From Tubiluchus corallicola (Eukaryota; Animalia; Priapulida): a DNA stretch of 64,000 nt. A model generated the notes under the pieces. The model searched no databases, was not told the origin of the DNA, and was given only the letters and a program-made list of their open reading frames with translations. Positions 39,939-54,544 of this stretch are shown here, in pieces. The position numbers and the translations under genes are program-made. Numbering within the stretch: the stretch's first letter is position 1; each line of letters begins with the position of its first letter. The stretch covers positions 67,813-131,812 of the forward strand of contig JAQGDQ010000598.1 of the NCBI GenBank assembly GCA_030141605.1. The letters run 5' to 3'.

Positions 39939-41099
39939 TTTTTATGTAAATGTAATCACTATATCTTATCATTCTCCATTATTTCATCATCTTTCTCATC
40001 ACATCTTCACACTCTGTACCTTCCAGGCTTTCTTACGTTTTATCTGATCTGAGCCGATGAGTATCTGTCCTGCATTAATCTGTACCCGTTGGTTATTACA
40101 TCTTATCTATTATTCTCATGTTATTTCTCTATTGTACATTATTGCTTAAGATAGTGTTATTTTGCACTTGGCTTTTGGAATAAATAAACCTTAAATAAAT
40201 AGATAAATAAATAAAATAAATAGATGGCTTGGACTGGACTGGTCTGTGCTGGACTAGATTCGACTGAACCTGTCTAGATCAAAGCGGAATGGACTGCACT
40301 GAGCAGGACTCTCGTAAATTTTCTTTGTACTTGGTTGTGAATCAGAGCCACTGCTGCTGTTGCCATTGTCACTATCATCATCATCAACATCATCGGCTTC
40401 TTCATTGTCATCTTTATCATCACCATCATCATTAGTAAGTTAGCAACACAGGTACTCGATAATTGCTGCATCGCCTAGGTATGTTCCTAACGTTTGCGTT
40501 CGACTAGCCTAGATGCTGAATTGCGCAGTAAAAATTCCCCCTTGTACAGTCAAATGAAGCCATTTATATTCTTTCCTAATTGTACAGTGCAACTCGCGAT
40601 GAGACCGTTGTGAGCAATTGATTAAACTTTGCATCTTTATAATGCAAAGCTTAATGCAATTGTCTCATTTATAGGCGTTTTCATCAAAGCCCGCTGATTT
40701 AGCAAAGCCTTGTACGATTCTTCTGATTTTCGAATAGATTTTTCGTCTTCAAGTTAAATCCTTGGTCATTTAACATGAGAAGCCAAGGACAATACTTGTA
40801 GAAAAGTAGAATTATATGAGAACAAATCCAGAAAAATACAATCTTTGTAGCTATATATATATATAATCATCATTTGCCATTAAAATACATTGATAATCAC
40901 TGATAAAAACTTTACAGAGAGTTAATAAAAACTTACACTGCTAAAGGCAAATGCGTCAGTGCAATCTAAACTACTGTGCAGTAATGGAAAGTAACGACGA
41001 ATAAAATCAAACGTATTTACAGCTATGCACAAAAAAATGAAAAAAATTATGATTTAATTAATATGGCCGTGGATATATAAATTCTGAATTAGTGTGTAT

Positions 41100-41410
41100 G
41101 TTGTCGTACTGGTGTAATGGTATTTCATATCTGGTTAATATTAGTGATTTTAATTTTGTTTTAAATGCTGATAGAGACTTGATTTATTTAACCTGTAATG
41201 GTAGAGAATTCCAAAGTAGAATTGCTTGTTTGATTACAGAGTTTGTTCCATAGTGGGTATTTGTCCTAATTTGTTTTAGATTGCTTGTTCTGGAATTAAC
41301 GATAGGATTTGGAAAAAAGGTTAATCTGTTATTCTGGAATGGTTTGCTGATGTTGTTAATATATTTAAATATAAAAAGCAGAGTAAAATATTCTTTTTGT
41401 GCTAACTTAC
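41100..41410 (-). mobile_element. CR1/L2-group LINE 3' remnant
   Basis: Minus strand ...RTNTHYGTNSVIKQAILLWNSLPLQVK*IKSLSAFKTKLK, a typical LINE ORF2 C-terminal pattern. Confidence 0.65.
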
Positions 41411-41540
41411 TTGTTAGGTTATTCGTTGGTAATCGTCAATGTTCGTCTTAAATCGGCTCAGATCGTTCAGAGCTGATTCAAAACTGCTGATTGGCATTAT
41501 GCAGACAGAAAACGTTTAGAAAAATAACAAGTCACTCAGT

Positions 41541-42245
41541 ATGTTGGGTTTATTTCACTGTTATCACTTAAACTTAGAGAAATATAACAAACAAATTTGC
41601 AAAAAATTGTCCATCTTTCCAACATTGTTTAATAATTCAGTCCAACCTAATAATCGGCGTTATTCAACCAGAATGAACGAGTTTGTCGTAAATTTGTGTA
41701 GAACAGACGTGGCACGGCAATTCATTGCAAATGTTGGTCCAAGGCTTTGGAATGACGTAAATGATGAATTAAAAACTGTTCAGCCAATTCAAAAATTTAA
41801 AAAGAAATGTAAAACAATGATTTTCAATAAATACAACACTTCTTAATATCCTATACCTACTGCAGCAGTCATACTACAATCCTGGTACAGATTATGCAAA
41901 ACAAGACATCATTGATAAATCTTTAGAGCTAATGTAAACATCGGACAATCTACCATCTTTTTTTTCTACTATTTCCACTAACTCATCATTTTTCCAAACT
42001 TTTGTCATCTAACCTTTGTTCCTGTTCTTTTTTTGTTCACTAATCCATTCTTTTTTATCGGGTTCACATGACAGTGGGTTTATACAAGCCTTTGCTTCTC
42101 TAGCCCACTGCAGTACAATTATTCTTTTATGATAATGATAGTGTATGAAATATAATAATATATTACAGTGTCAAGTAACAATTTTGATGTCACCATGCAT
42201 GGAATGTCACTGTATTGTATTGAATGTGATAATAATAAAACTTTA
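41541..42245 (+). mobile_element. CR1/L2-group LINE 3' remnant with 3' UTR
   Basis: YSTR...LCRTDVARQFIANVGPRLWNDVNDELKTVQPIQKFKKKCKTMIF. Ends at AATAAAA. Confidence 0.75.
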
Positions 42246-42602
42246 AACTTCCATTGGGAAAGCTATTTCCTACACCGCGGATTCAATAACTTCTTACGGT
42301 GTGTACTTGCTTTTTTAACACGAAATAAATATCGGACGTCTGGATTATAATTTGCTCAATATTTATTGTCTATTTCTTTAATCCAAACGTGACATTCCAT
42401 CTAAACATAATAAAAAAAAATTACAGCTTAAATATCATTAGCCAAACGTCAATTGTGCATAATTTAGAGTTATACACCACAGTATCGTAGTTCCCATTTA
42501 ACTAATTAACAAATTCTTAAAGTAATTAAAAGATATACATACGTACGTTATTAGCCCAAAATCTTGAGCAATTGTAGACACATAACGACAATATCTTATT
42601 AA

Positions 42603-43058
42603 CCCTTTCAGTTCCAAATTATTTTTAATAAGAAATATTTTTTGGCTTGGTACTTTTGTTTAGTATGTCCATCTTGTTTACACATAATAATTATTTTTTC
42701 TGTCTGTGCCCGCGTGCTAAATATCGCCTGTATTCCACAGGATACATTGGGATTCAATGGAAGCATAAAATGTGCTTCATTTTGCAACTGCTGATAATTT
42801 TTTAAAGTATTTAAGACATTTAGTATGCATGCTATGCTGATCTGTACAAAGTCATATCTAAAGTACTGTACCTTGCACAGTTTTTTATGCTATGTAGATT
42901 TTCTAGTTTGCCATTTTATCATCATTTTTAGTCTATTGTTATTGGCTTAAATCAAAATAACTATTAACAGATCAAATAACTGTCAGTTTTAAAATTTTAT
43001 TAATTTTAACGGCAGAAAATATTCTCGTATCCCACGGGATACAACGTGTATGAAAGGG
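42603..43058 (+). mobile_element. piggyBac-type MITE
   Basis: TTAA-CCCTTTCA ... TGAAAGGG-TTAA. Confidence 0.85.
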
Positions 43059-43229
43059 TTAACTTATCATCACACATCTTAACTCAACTAAATTCAGTAG
43101 ACCACTGACCCAGATCAAACTGATCGTGTGATTAGGCCTAAAATCTCCACAAGGTGGTCGAACAGAGGACAAAGGGAGGCCAATATGCCAAATTTCCTGC
43201 ATGCCGTCCTCTGACATGTTCCTTGTAGT

Positions 43230-43760
43230 AGGTGCATAGGCCATTTTTTGGTTTTAATTTAGTTTTCAATTATTGCCACGGTGCTGCCACCTGTTTGTTT
43301 ATTTAGTAGGCTTTTTACCTTTTACAGTAGTCACTCTTTTAAAATTGAAGCACCTAATATCCTTCAATACATTAACATTTTGGCCTTTCGTGAGCTATAG
43401 CTGTTGTAGTTGTATGACATTTTACCTGTCTTTTGGTTCTCTCCGCCATTGCTCTATTTTTCTGACTGTGATGAGAATTATGACTGTGAATTTCTTACGA
43501 GTTTATTGCTGTGACATTATTGTTGTTCTTAAGGCAACTTGGAGTTCTCATTCCTGTTTTTGTAACTGTTAAATGTTCTAACAACGTAAGTTATTATTAA
43601 TTAATTTCAATAATTACATAATTTTTATATCAGTTCTTGGTTATAGCAATACATTTAATCATGCAACTAATTTTCTTCTACTCAATGCAAATTAAACTAA
43701 ATGTTAATAATTGTATTTCAGAATAAAGAAACTTTTGGTCAACACGTTAAACAGGTGTTT
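43230..43760 (+). repeat. Dispersed repeat, ~530 bp, unclassified (second copy at 52020-52560)
   Basis: Near-collinear sequence and near-identical spurious ORF translations at both sites. Confidence 0.9.
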
Positions 43761-45109
43761 TCTATCCATTCCACTCCTTATAGGCATTTCTGCACAGTGT
43801 GTTCGTTCATTTGCTGCATTTTAGTCCACTAGCTGCATTTATGAGTTTAACCAGATTGCTTGCTTTTTTGTTGTTGCATTCATGACTTGTTCAGTTGTTG
43901 TTTTAATATTTAACAGCATTATTTGCTTGTTTTTTTTCAATTGGTATAATTATAATATAGCTGTTTTGCATCTTGTTTATTTGCTACACTTAAGACCTAA
44001 CCACGTATTTATTCGCTTAACCATGTAGCCTGCCGTGCTTTATAATATTTCTAAGTTATATAGGGGTGGCTGGCGTGATGACCTCCTGGTCTTTCGCCAC
44101 CCCATCTCTACATACTTTACATAATGTGTTGTATTTGCGTTATAAATATTATATTAGATTATTTTAAATAAACCTTTGAATTGAATTGTGTTACCATGGT
44201 CACGCTCAGTATTCTGATTTTTCTTACAGTAGGCACTACATTAATTAATGGGTTTTTACTAATTAGAACTGCGTTTTTGCGACCTCCTCTCTCCACGCGG
44301 GCGTCTAAGAGTGCAACAATAGCTTGCGATTATTGGCCAGTTACTCGTAACGGTAATAAAGATTTGCTCAGTGCGAGCAGTTTGCTTAATTTGAAACCGA
44401 TACTTTAGCCACATAGATTAGTTGGACACTCAATAAGTTGTGCAAGTTTACAGTAATTATGTGCCACGCAATTACACACAAAACCAACGGACAGACGAAG
44501 GAAGACAATCTCTTCCTGTGGGTTCAAAAGAATTATCGACCGGCGCGCAGTGAGTGCTGTACCAGCTGGCAACACTATTAATAGCAGAGATGCCAAGTTA
44601 AAGAGATTTTCTGATTTACAGCGGCGCGTAGCACATCAAAGATTAGCCATCAAGCATAAGTAATGAGTGCGGGTTTGGATAATGACTAGGACTTTGTGGT
44701 ACGCTATTTTTAGTGACGTCATTGAAATGAGTTTTGCTCTGCCTCTGACAGGTTAAATAATGAAAATTAATTATTTCTTTACAAAAGAATCAATCAAGAT
44801 AATGACCACTCAAAGCAAAACTTATGGTTAAATTATTAATACGGAAATAGGGTTATAGTTAAGGGCTCATAATTAACATAATTGCCCAGTAAAATTTAGT
44901 GTACTATTTTTAACGACAATTTGCTATTGATAGGAGGTACCTGTTAGCGTTCTTCTTGAATTAGGCGAAATTGTACAATTTTCTGGTGCCGAATTCCACA
45001 AAGACCTGCCCCGAGGAAAAACATGAAGAGCAGCAGAAAAAAGAAGTACGAACAAATAGTCTGTGTTTAGGAACCAGCGAGAAGAGGTACTTAGGTGACT
45101 TAGGTAACT

Positions 45110-45126
45110 TTTCTCCCTCCCTCTCT

Positions 45127-45172
<46 letters not shown>

Positions 45173-45266
45173 GCCTCTCTCTCCTCTCTTGCTCTCTTTC
45201 TATCCCTCCCTCTTTCTTTTTCTCCTCCCCCCTCTCTTTCTTTCTCTCTCTTACCTTTCTCTCCTG

Positions 45267-45298
<32 letters not shown>

Positions 45299-45430
45299 TT
45301 CTCTCTTTCTCCTCCCCCCTCTCTCTCTCTTTCTCTCTTTCTCCTCCGCCCTCTCTCTCCCTTTCTCCTCTCTTTCTCTCTCGCTCTCTCTCCCTCTCTC
45401 TTTCCCTCTTTCTCTCTCACTCACACTCCC
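45110..45430. repeat. Degenerate (CT)n polypyrimidine tract
   Basis: Direct reading. Confidence 0.95.
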
Positions 45431-46196
45431 TACTTAACGCGTCATCCGCGGAAACAGCAAGAGCTCTTCAACGTGCGAGGTAGTGAAAAGTTAACCCTTA
45501 ATCAGACCCAACCAATTGACAGTACAGTTTACAATTTATCAAATGGATTGTGTGACAAGTTGTGGTGCCATTAATCAGGCTTCAAGGTCCCTGTTACAAT
45601 AGAGTTTCGTTCACACATTCTGACATTTTAAACGGCTAATCCCCAGTCGATGTTAGGTGGTGCCTCACTGTCCCTTCCTCAAAGTAAAAGTTCTCATCAG
45701 AAGACTCACACTCAGTTTGAGATGAATGAAGTAACGTCCCTTCACTACCATGAACTTGTAATCATGCTGTCAGCGTTGAAGCCAAACCCTTTGAATCTCC
45801 ACCGGGGCTTCTCTTCTTGTTCCATAGAGAAGTTAATCTAATGTGTGAATAAAGTCTTATAATTAACCAAGTCAAGTCTGAATCATTGAGAGGTATTTAT
45901 TCATCAAAGAGGCTGAATGATGGACAACGGATGGATTAAGGCGGTTCATAAGTCCAAGATGAGCCATTGGTCAACGCAGCAGCTCTGAAGGAGTTCCACT
46001 AATCCCAATCAATGAACTGAGTTAATTAATTTTAGATCTTCAATGGTGACTGATTGCCGTTTGCAGGAAGTTGAACTTCGCTGGTGCTGCTTCCTATATT
46101 ACTGTTCAAAACAGCAATTTAGAACTAAAAAATATTGATTTTATTGATTTTTACTATGTAACAGTTATCGATGGATGACGAAGATTGTAAAGACAA

Positions 46197-46357
46197 ATGA
46201 TGACAGCTAAAAAAGTTGTTGTTGTTGATGCTGATGCTGATGATAATGATGATGATGATGATGCTGATGCTGATGCTGATGCTGGTGATGATGATGATGC
46301 TGATGCTGATGCTGATGCTGATGCTGATGCTGATGCTGGTGATGATGATGATGATGA

Positions 46358-46432
<75 letters not shown>

Positions 46433-46435
46433 CGA

Positions 46436-46480
<45 letters not shown>

Positions 46481-46520
46481 TGACTATGATGATGTTGATG
46501 CTGTTGATGATGATGACGTT
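46197..46520. repeat. (GAT/GAC/GCT)n compound microsatellite
   Basis: Direct reading. Confidence 0.97.
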
Positions 46521-47223
46521 TTTCATGACGCCGGCAAGGTTTTACTTAGCAAGTAAATTGTTTTCTAGTAAAGTATTCCAGAGACAAAAAAATCCGAAAG
46601 AAAGTTGATTTCATAAGTAGTTGATCTGTATCTAGGACTGTCCAAATTAAAATGATGAGCAACAACAGCAAAACTAATACTCAACAATAAACTGATGACA
46701 TTCAGGAACCAATGAAAAAAGGTCCTGAGAGCATCTTTCATCACAGGTGGTTAGTTTAAACAATATTTTTATTGGATAAGAAATATTACAATCATAAGTA
46801 CATTTATTTATAATAAAAAAAATAATGGGCAATGCTGATTGGCTAACAGGTGATCCCCGTATAACCTATATAAAATCTCTCACAAACTAGATAGGCACAC
46901 GATTACAAGAACTGTTAGTTATTCATTAAGTAAGAAGGAAATTTAGAAAGTTTGTAACTTGTTTTTTGAACAGCGGTCTGCAAAGGGGTGGCACAAGTTG
47001 GTTATGACGTGCTTGATGTTGATGTTAAGCTAGAAAAATTGAATGAGTGATGAAGAAGCTAATGAAAGAAAGATGAAAGTGTTGGGATCACGGGAACGCA
47101 TAAATTTAAATAATTTGCCGTGTAAGGTAAAATTGGGAGATTATTAATGCACTATAGTTTTAATTTTATTAATTAAAGCGCCCACTTTGTATATAATAAA
47201 CAAAATGATCAGAAATACTATAG

Positions 47224-49010
47224 CATTGTTAGAATCAGGAGACAGTGAGATATTGCCACATTGTTAGAATCAAGAGACAGTGAGATATTGCCACATTGTT
47301 AGAATCAGGAGACAGTGAGATACTGCCACATTGTTAGAATCAGGAGACAGTGAGATTCTGCCACATTGTTAGAATCAGGAGACAGTGAGATATTACCACA
47401 TTGTTAGAATCGGGAGACAGTGAGATTCTGCCACATTGTTAGAATCAGGAGACAGTGAGATTCTGCCACATTGTTAGAATCAGGAGACAGTGAGATATTA
47501 CCACATTGTTAGAATCAGGAGACAGTGAGATACTGCCACATTGTTAGAATCAGGAGACAGTGAGATACTGCCACATTGTTAGAATCAGGAGACAGTGAGA
47601 TACTGCCACATTGTTAGAATCAGGAGACAGTGAGATACTGCCACATTGTTAGAATCAGGAGACAGTGAGATACTGCCACATTGTTAGAATCAGGAGACAG
47701 TGAGATACTGCCACATTGTTAGAATCAGGAGACAGTGAGATACTGCCACATTGTTAGAATCAGGAAACAGTGAGATATTGCCACATTGTTAGAATCAGGA
47801 GACAGTAAGATACTGCCACATTGTTAGAATCAAGAGACAGTGAGATATTGCCACATTGTTAGAATCAGGAGACAGTAAGATACTGCCACATAGTTAGAAT
47901 CAGGAGACAGTGAGATATTGCCACATTGTTAGAATCAGGAGACAGTGAGATTCTGCCACATTGTTAGAATCAGGAGACAGTGAGATATTACCACATTGTT
48001 AGAATCAGGAGACAGTGAGATTCTGCCACATTGTTAGAATCAGGAGACATTGAGATTCTGCCACATTGTTAGAATCAGGAGACAGTGAGATATTACCACA
48101 TTGTTAGAATCAGGAGACAGTGAGATACTGCCACATTGTTAGAATCAGGAGACAGTGAGATACTGCCACATTGTTAGAATCAGGAGACAGTGAGATACTG
48201 CCACATTGTTAGAATCAGGAGACAGTGAGATACTGCCACATTGTTAGAATTAGGAAACAGTGAGATATTGCCACATTGTTAGAATCAGGAGACAGTAAGA
48301 TACTGCCACATTGTTAGAATCAAGAGACAGTGAGATATTGCCACATTGTTAGAATCAGGAGACAGTAAGATACTGCCACATAGTTAGAATCAGGAGACAG
48401 TGAGATATTGCCACATTGTTAGAATCAGGAGACAGTGAGATTCTGCCACATTGTTAGAATCAGGAGACAGTGAGATATTACCACATTGTTAGAATCAGGA
48501 GACAGTGAGATTCTGCCACATTGTTAGAATCAGGAGACATTGAGATCTGCCACATTGTTAGAATCAGGAGACAGTGAGATATTACCACATTGTTAGAATC
48601 AGGAGACAGTGAGATACTGCCACATTGTTAGAATCAGGAGACAGTGAGATACTGCCACATTGTTAGAATCAGGAGACAGTGAGATACTGCCACATTGTTA
48701 GAATCAGGAGACAGTGAGATACTGCCACATTGTTAGAATCAGGAGACAGTGAGATACTGCCACATTGTTAGAATCAAGAGACAGTGAGATATTGCCACAT
48801 TGTTAGAATCAGGAGACAGTGAGATACTGCCACATTGTTAGAATCAGGAGACAGTGAGATTCTGCCACATTGTTAGAATCAGGAGACAGTGAGATTCTGC
48901 CACATTGTTAGAATCGGGAGACAGTGAGATATTACCACATTGTTAGAATCAGGAGACAGTGAGATTCTGCCACATTGTTAGAATCAGGAGACAGTGAGAT
49001 ATTACCACAT
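47224..49010. repeat. Minisatellite, 35-bp unit, about 51 copies
   Basis: CATTGTTAGAATCAGGAGACAGTGAGATACTGCCA head to tail with no spacers. Confidence 0.98.
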
Positions 49011-50511
49011 CGTAGTATTTGGATATGATTACTAGTGAGCGCATTTATAGGATAGATATACTTGGTGCGAATTTTGTTAGTAAAGAGGACAGTGCAGAAA
49101 AACGGTTGGAATCTTCATAGGGGTCCTTGGAAGACACATTAGAAACATCAACTGGATACAAAACTACATAGTTTCATTTGACTGACATTTTGAAAAACTC
49201 TTGTATGTCATCTGTCTTCCGCAAACAACCGGAAATGCTTTGGCGTGAGTTCACATCAAACGCGTTACAAACACTCTCTGTTTGAAGAAGAGAAAATTTG
49301 ATGTTTGAATAAAAGAGAGGAAAAAATTCTGATTGCACAACTGCGTCTGGCGTGATATCTTTGTCCTTTCTGCAAGAACTTTCTGCTGTTCAAAGAAAAG
49401 TGTTGATAAAATCGAAAAGTGTCGCCATTTTATTGTATTAATTTTATAATCCTCAATGTTATCACAAGTAGATGTAGCTAATGTGTTTCAATACTTGTCC
49501 GGATTTTTATATTATAACTTCTGGAATCTGTTTTCTATTATGTTTTCTGGAATCAAAGTTAACAAAGGCCCTTACATACGGAATTTAATTGCTCCAGCTA
49601 TTAAAAATGCCAACTCGCTGTCCATATTTAAAAAGTTATAAATTAAACTTATAACATATAACATATAAGTTTACATATAACATATATAAAACATATAACT
49701 TATCACTCAATCAAGATTTGTTGTAATATATTGTAATTTTTTTCGTAACTAATTCTAGTGGCCCACCATAAGCTGGTTTCTTAGGTCTCTAGCGCAGAAT
49801 TCATGAATTGTATCATATTTTTATATTAACAAAAACTGATTATCGATGCACATGTAATGCATATGTATATGTTTATTGCGAAAAAATAAATCTATTGAAT
49901 TAAAGGAAGGTTTTAAAGCAAAACAAGACCTAATTTTAAACTATAACTCAAAATAATCTATTCTCTATAATATTCAAAGGAAACATACTATTTTTCCAGA
50001 AATGACTTACGTAAAACAATTATTACCACACAAACACAATTTCACGTTCGCGTTCTAGTTCTTCACTATTAGATGCATTTCTCCATTCGCTAGTTAAACG
50101 GGCGATAGCGCCTGCATTTCGGAAACGCATTGCACAAAAAACAAGTGCGGTACCTCTCAGTTCAGATGTATTAGTTTTTAAAGGAAAACAAGATGAAATT
50201 CATGTCCTTCCTCATTTTGAAGTACAGTAAAAAGTATACATTTTAACACCAGTAATAATTCAAAAGTGTTTTTTGGTAATTAAATTAAACCTAAATTAAT
50301 GTTTACTTATTAGGGAAACTGTCATCTGTTCTGTAGTAATGGTGTATTTTGTCATATGTTTAATGCAATTTCTTTTCTGGTTAGTGCAATGACGTCACTG
50401 GTGGAAGAATAGGCATTCAAAATGTGAGCGCCCAAGCGTGAAATGATTGCAACTTCAAAGTGATTTTACCAATTACACGAGGTGCTTAGCACACTTTCAT
50501 TACTAAATTAT

Positions 50512-50715
50512 TGTCTGTCTGTCTGTCTGTCTGACTGACTGACTGACTGACTGACTGACTGACTGACTGACTGACTGACTGACTGACTGACTGACTGACT
50601 AACCGACTGGTTGACAGACTGACTCACTGACTGACTGACTCACTGACTGACTCACTGACTGACTGACTGACTGACTGACTGACTGACTGACTGACTGACT
50701 GACTGACTGACTGAC

Positions 50716-50800
<85 letters not shown>

Positions 50801-50812
50801 GCCTGCCTGTCT
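50512..50812. repeat. (GACT)n/(GTCT)n microsatellite
   Basis: Direct reading. Confidence 0.98.
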
Positions 50813-52019
50813 CGGAGACATTCAAAGTCGACATATTTATTGAACTCACTTCGTATCACCAACCCGGAATACGGCTAGATCGACGCAGTAGAATCGCAGC
50901 ACTTGTTCTTGAACAACTTGATTATAACAATTTGCTCAAAATTTAAGTGCCGTGCAAATAAAATATCAAACTGTTACCATCAGAATGTGTCATACTGAGA
51001 TTCTTTGAAATCTGACGAGTGTTGTAAAGGCATGATAAGTTTTTGGTACTGTTGTCGTCAGTTTCGTGTCTGAATACTTTAGCAAAGATTGAGGCAGAGA
51101 TTAGTTAACTTACTATAGGTAAGGATTCGTCGCTTTGGATTTCGGGTTTATTTTACTGTTATCACTTTAATTTAGAAAAACATAGCAAAGAAATATGCAT
51201 AAAAACTACCTATAAAGCATAAAGGTAATTTATACTTGGACTGTATAAAGATTTTCAAGAGTAGTAGGAGTCGTTATTCACTGAAAATTATGACGTAACT
51301 GGTGGAGTTTATGATTTTTCATAAGCGCTTGATGCTTAAGCTAATTCAAACTTCTGCAGCTTACCTAATGTTCATACAGAAATGTCAAACAGTTAGCCAA
51401 GTTTTCCCGGAAATAAAAACTTATTGTAGTTTTGGCGGAAATTGACAGTACGCTGCTTTTCTTCAGCTGATGAATGACGTCATTGGTGGAAGAATGGGCG
51501 TTCTTTATGGAAGCATCCAAGCGTGAAATGATCGCGAACAAAATGTGAATTTTTTTTCAATTCTCATCACCATAATAGACATTTCTCAACCAAACAGTGC
51601 CACCTATAACTTTACCAGTTGGACGTTAACTTTTATTTAGTTAACTAATTAATTACGGGTAACTAAGTCACTCAAAGTGATGTTTTTAAATGCGAGCAAC
51701 ACCCAACTATGTGCAAGCGTATAGGTGGCGCTCTTTATATGTATTCTATTAGGATGTGAACTTGGCCGTACTTTTGGAAGTAATAATACTGATTTGAACC
51801 CCACAGGTCCCGCGTTCAAATCAGGATGTATACACAGTTTTTAACAACGCTTCTTTCTGCAACAATTTGCAGCATTCGCTGTAACCCTCCCTCTTTGACA
51901 TAAATGCTAATTATTCTCTAACCGCAAGTCTATTGATTCTATCTAATCGCAATTAAAAAAGACAATTAGTTAATTAACTAAAATTGGTAGTTAATAAAGT
52001 TAACATTAAAGTGTAGTGG

Positions 52020-52560
52020 GTGTATAGGCCCTTTTTTGGTTTTAATTTAGTTCTCAATTACTGCCACGGTGCTGCCACCTGTTTGTTTATTTAGTAGGCC
52101 TTTTAGTTTTTACAGTAGTCACTCTTTTAAAATTGAAGCACCTAATATCCTTCAATACAGTAGCATTTTGGCCATTCGTGAACTATAGCCGTAGTAGTTG
52201 TATGACGTTTTACCCGTCTTTTGGTTCTCTCCGCCATTGCTCTATTTTTCTGACTGTGATGAACATTATGACTGTAAATTTCTTACGAATTTATTGTTGT
52301 GTCATTGTTGTTGTTCTTAAGGCAACTTGGAGTTCTCATTCCTGTCTTTGTAACTGTTAAAAGCGCTTACAACCTAAGTTATTGTTAATTAATTTCAATA
52401 TAGTCTACATAATTTTTATATCAGTACTTAGTTATAGCAATACATTTAATCATGCAACTAATTTTCTTCTATTCAATGCAAGTTAAACTAAATGTTAATA
52501 AATGTATTTCAGAATAAAGAAACTTTTGGTCAACACGGTAAACTGGTGTTTTGCATCCAT
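52020..52560 (+). repeat. Dispersed repeat, ~530 bp, unclassified (copy of 43230-43760)
   Basis: Collinear with 43230-43760. Confidence 0.9.
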
Positions 52561-53119
52561 TTCAGTTAGTATAAAATTGGTACCGTTTGTTGTTCGAAAC
52601 GGTACCGTGCGAGACGCTGTGTTGTTTGGTTTTGTTTACTGTGGCAGTTTACATTAAATTTATTGATTTTTTTACATCATCACGAAGTCTGACGTTCTAC
52701 CCTCAAGCCGTCCCAGATACAATACTCAGCCTTGCAGATAAGTAAACATTGCGTGATCAAAACACATCAATTCTACTGAAGGAACAGCAGATGCACATAG
52801 TGAAACACGCAACCAATCCAAAACATCGATTTTGCATTAGACCCTGATGTAAACTGATAAACAGGACTTGACCACGCCTCGAGGACCTCGGTTCGATAAC
52901 ACGTTCTAGCGAAGATATGTTTAGAAAGTGCGTGAGGTTGTTCCGTTTTGAGAGTGTGGCTTAGTGGTCTAGTTCGTTAAAAGCTGGGCTGTGTGGTCGA
53001 GTGGTTTCGACGAGCGCAATCACGCAGTCTTGAGTCCAAGACTAGCTGCAGCCAACGCCAAACCATATACGTCTGAGTATGTTCTGTTATCTGCCTGTAT
53101 TGTAAACTTACGAGTGCCA

Positions 53120-53470
53120 TGTACGCGTAATGCGTGATCCGCAACGCGTAATGCGTGATGCGTAGTCGTACGATGGCCATCACGTTCGAGCAAACACGTG
53201 TCACGCATCATGCATTACGCATTACGTATTACGCGCACATGGAAACATTTCCACATAATTAAATATAAACTGTTGTATACGCATCGCGCATTACGTATCA
53301 CGCATCATGCATTGCGTATTACGTGCACATGGAAACATTTCCATATAATTAAATATAAACTGTTGTATACGCATCACGCATTACGTATCACGCATCATGC
53401 ATTACGTATCACGTATCATGTATTACGTATTACGGATCACGCATCACACATTACGCATTACGCGCGAACG
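53120..53470. repeat. Degenerate 7-bp ACGCATY repeat with an internal ~84-bp duplication
   Basis: TTACGCATCACGCAT-type repeats. The CACATGGAAACATTTCCA block occurs twice. Confidence 0.8.
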
Positions 53471-54544
53471 AAGTCGTACCTTACGTCGCTAAATAGCCAT
53501 TAGTGTTAGTGTTGTGTTTTAAATGAGCGACGGTAAATAAATCTTGTATTTGTTTTTTTTTGTGAAGAAAGTGAATTTTGAAGAATGTTCCAAAAAACTT
53601 TCCATACAAAGTCATATTACTTTGCGTAACACTTGGCTGTCTGAAAGGTTTATGTAATTTGAGAATGAGATTCTTAATAATGTAAAATATTCGCATCGCT
53701 ATCCCACTGTGCACCACTGTTTCACCAAAAACACATTATTGATCCTATTGACAATATAAAGTAATTTAAAACTTTACTTAGTTAGCGAATGCGACGATTA
53801 TTTTTTTCAAACTTTGCGCAATCTTATTTAAACTTCTTTCAAACGACTTACCGTTAAAATGACTGCGCCAAACGGCCAGCGCACGAGTTCAAATTTAAAA
53901 GTTTTATTCAGCGTTACTGCTAACACAAGCCCTGTATGAAACAAGACTACGGTAAGTGTTAGAAAATCTTCAAGACGAATTGTAAAAGCTTTATTTATGA
54001 AAAATCTTTTCTTGTGCTTTAATTCACGAGGTTACTCGTGTTGTTGACATGGACTGAGCTGTATCAGACGGAATTCACGTAATTTTTATTTAGATTTAAA
54101 ACTCATGAAAACCCCAGAAAAAATGTCGTCAATTCTGGATTCTGTTCCTCTCATCTGGACTCTTTATCACCAGTTATTTTGCCCTGTTACGTCAAAGGCG
54201 TTCCAATTTTATTACGAAACAGCAGTACAGAAATGTTCCAACCCTAATTTAAGCAACACAAGTTTTTAGCCCATTGCATATAGATTACACTCATCGTCAT
54301 CAATCAATGTCATAACCATCAACATCATCGTCGTCCTCGTCGTCGTAGAGAGAGATAGACAAGCATAAGGACGCACAGATGGACAGACATACAGACAGAT
54401 ACAGAAGGATTAAATGCAGGCGCAAGGCAAACAAACAGACAGACAGGAAGGCAGAAGGATCACGTTCAATTTTGTTTTGCATCAACTCCACAGTTTGCAC
54501 TAGTTGTGCTAATCACACGCCAGGACATTTTGTGCAGCTTATCG

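Noticed and set aside
43273-43572. Duplicated small-protein gene (similar ORFs at 43273 and 52133)
   Set aside because: Nucleotide similarity extends well beyond the ORFs, starts are non-ATG and no splice or family signal is present, so it is a dispersed repeat.
47224-49010. 35-bp repeat array resembling CRISPR repeat length
   Set aside because: Units are head to tail with no unique spacers, there are no cas genes, and the context is eukaryotic.
52579-52606. Perfect 10-bp hairpin GGTACCGTTT/AAACGGTACC as a Helitron end or terminator
   Set aside because: No CTRR end at suitable spacing and no second copy in the window. Intrinsic terminators are not relevant here.
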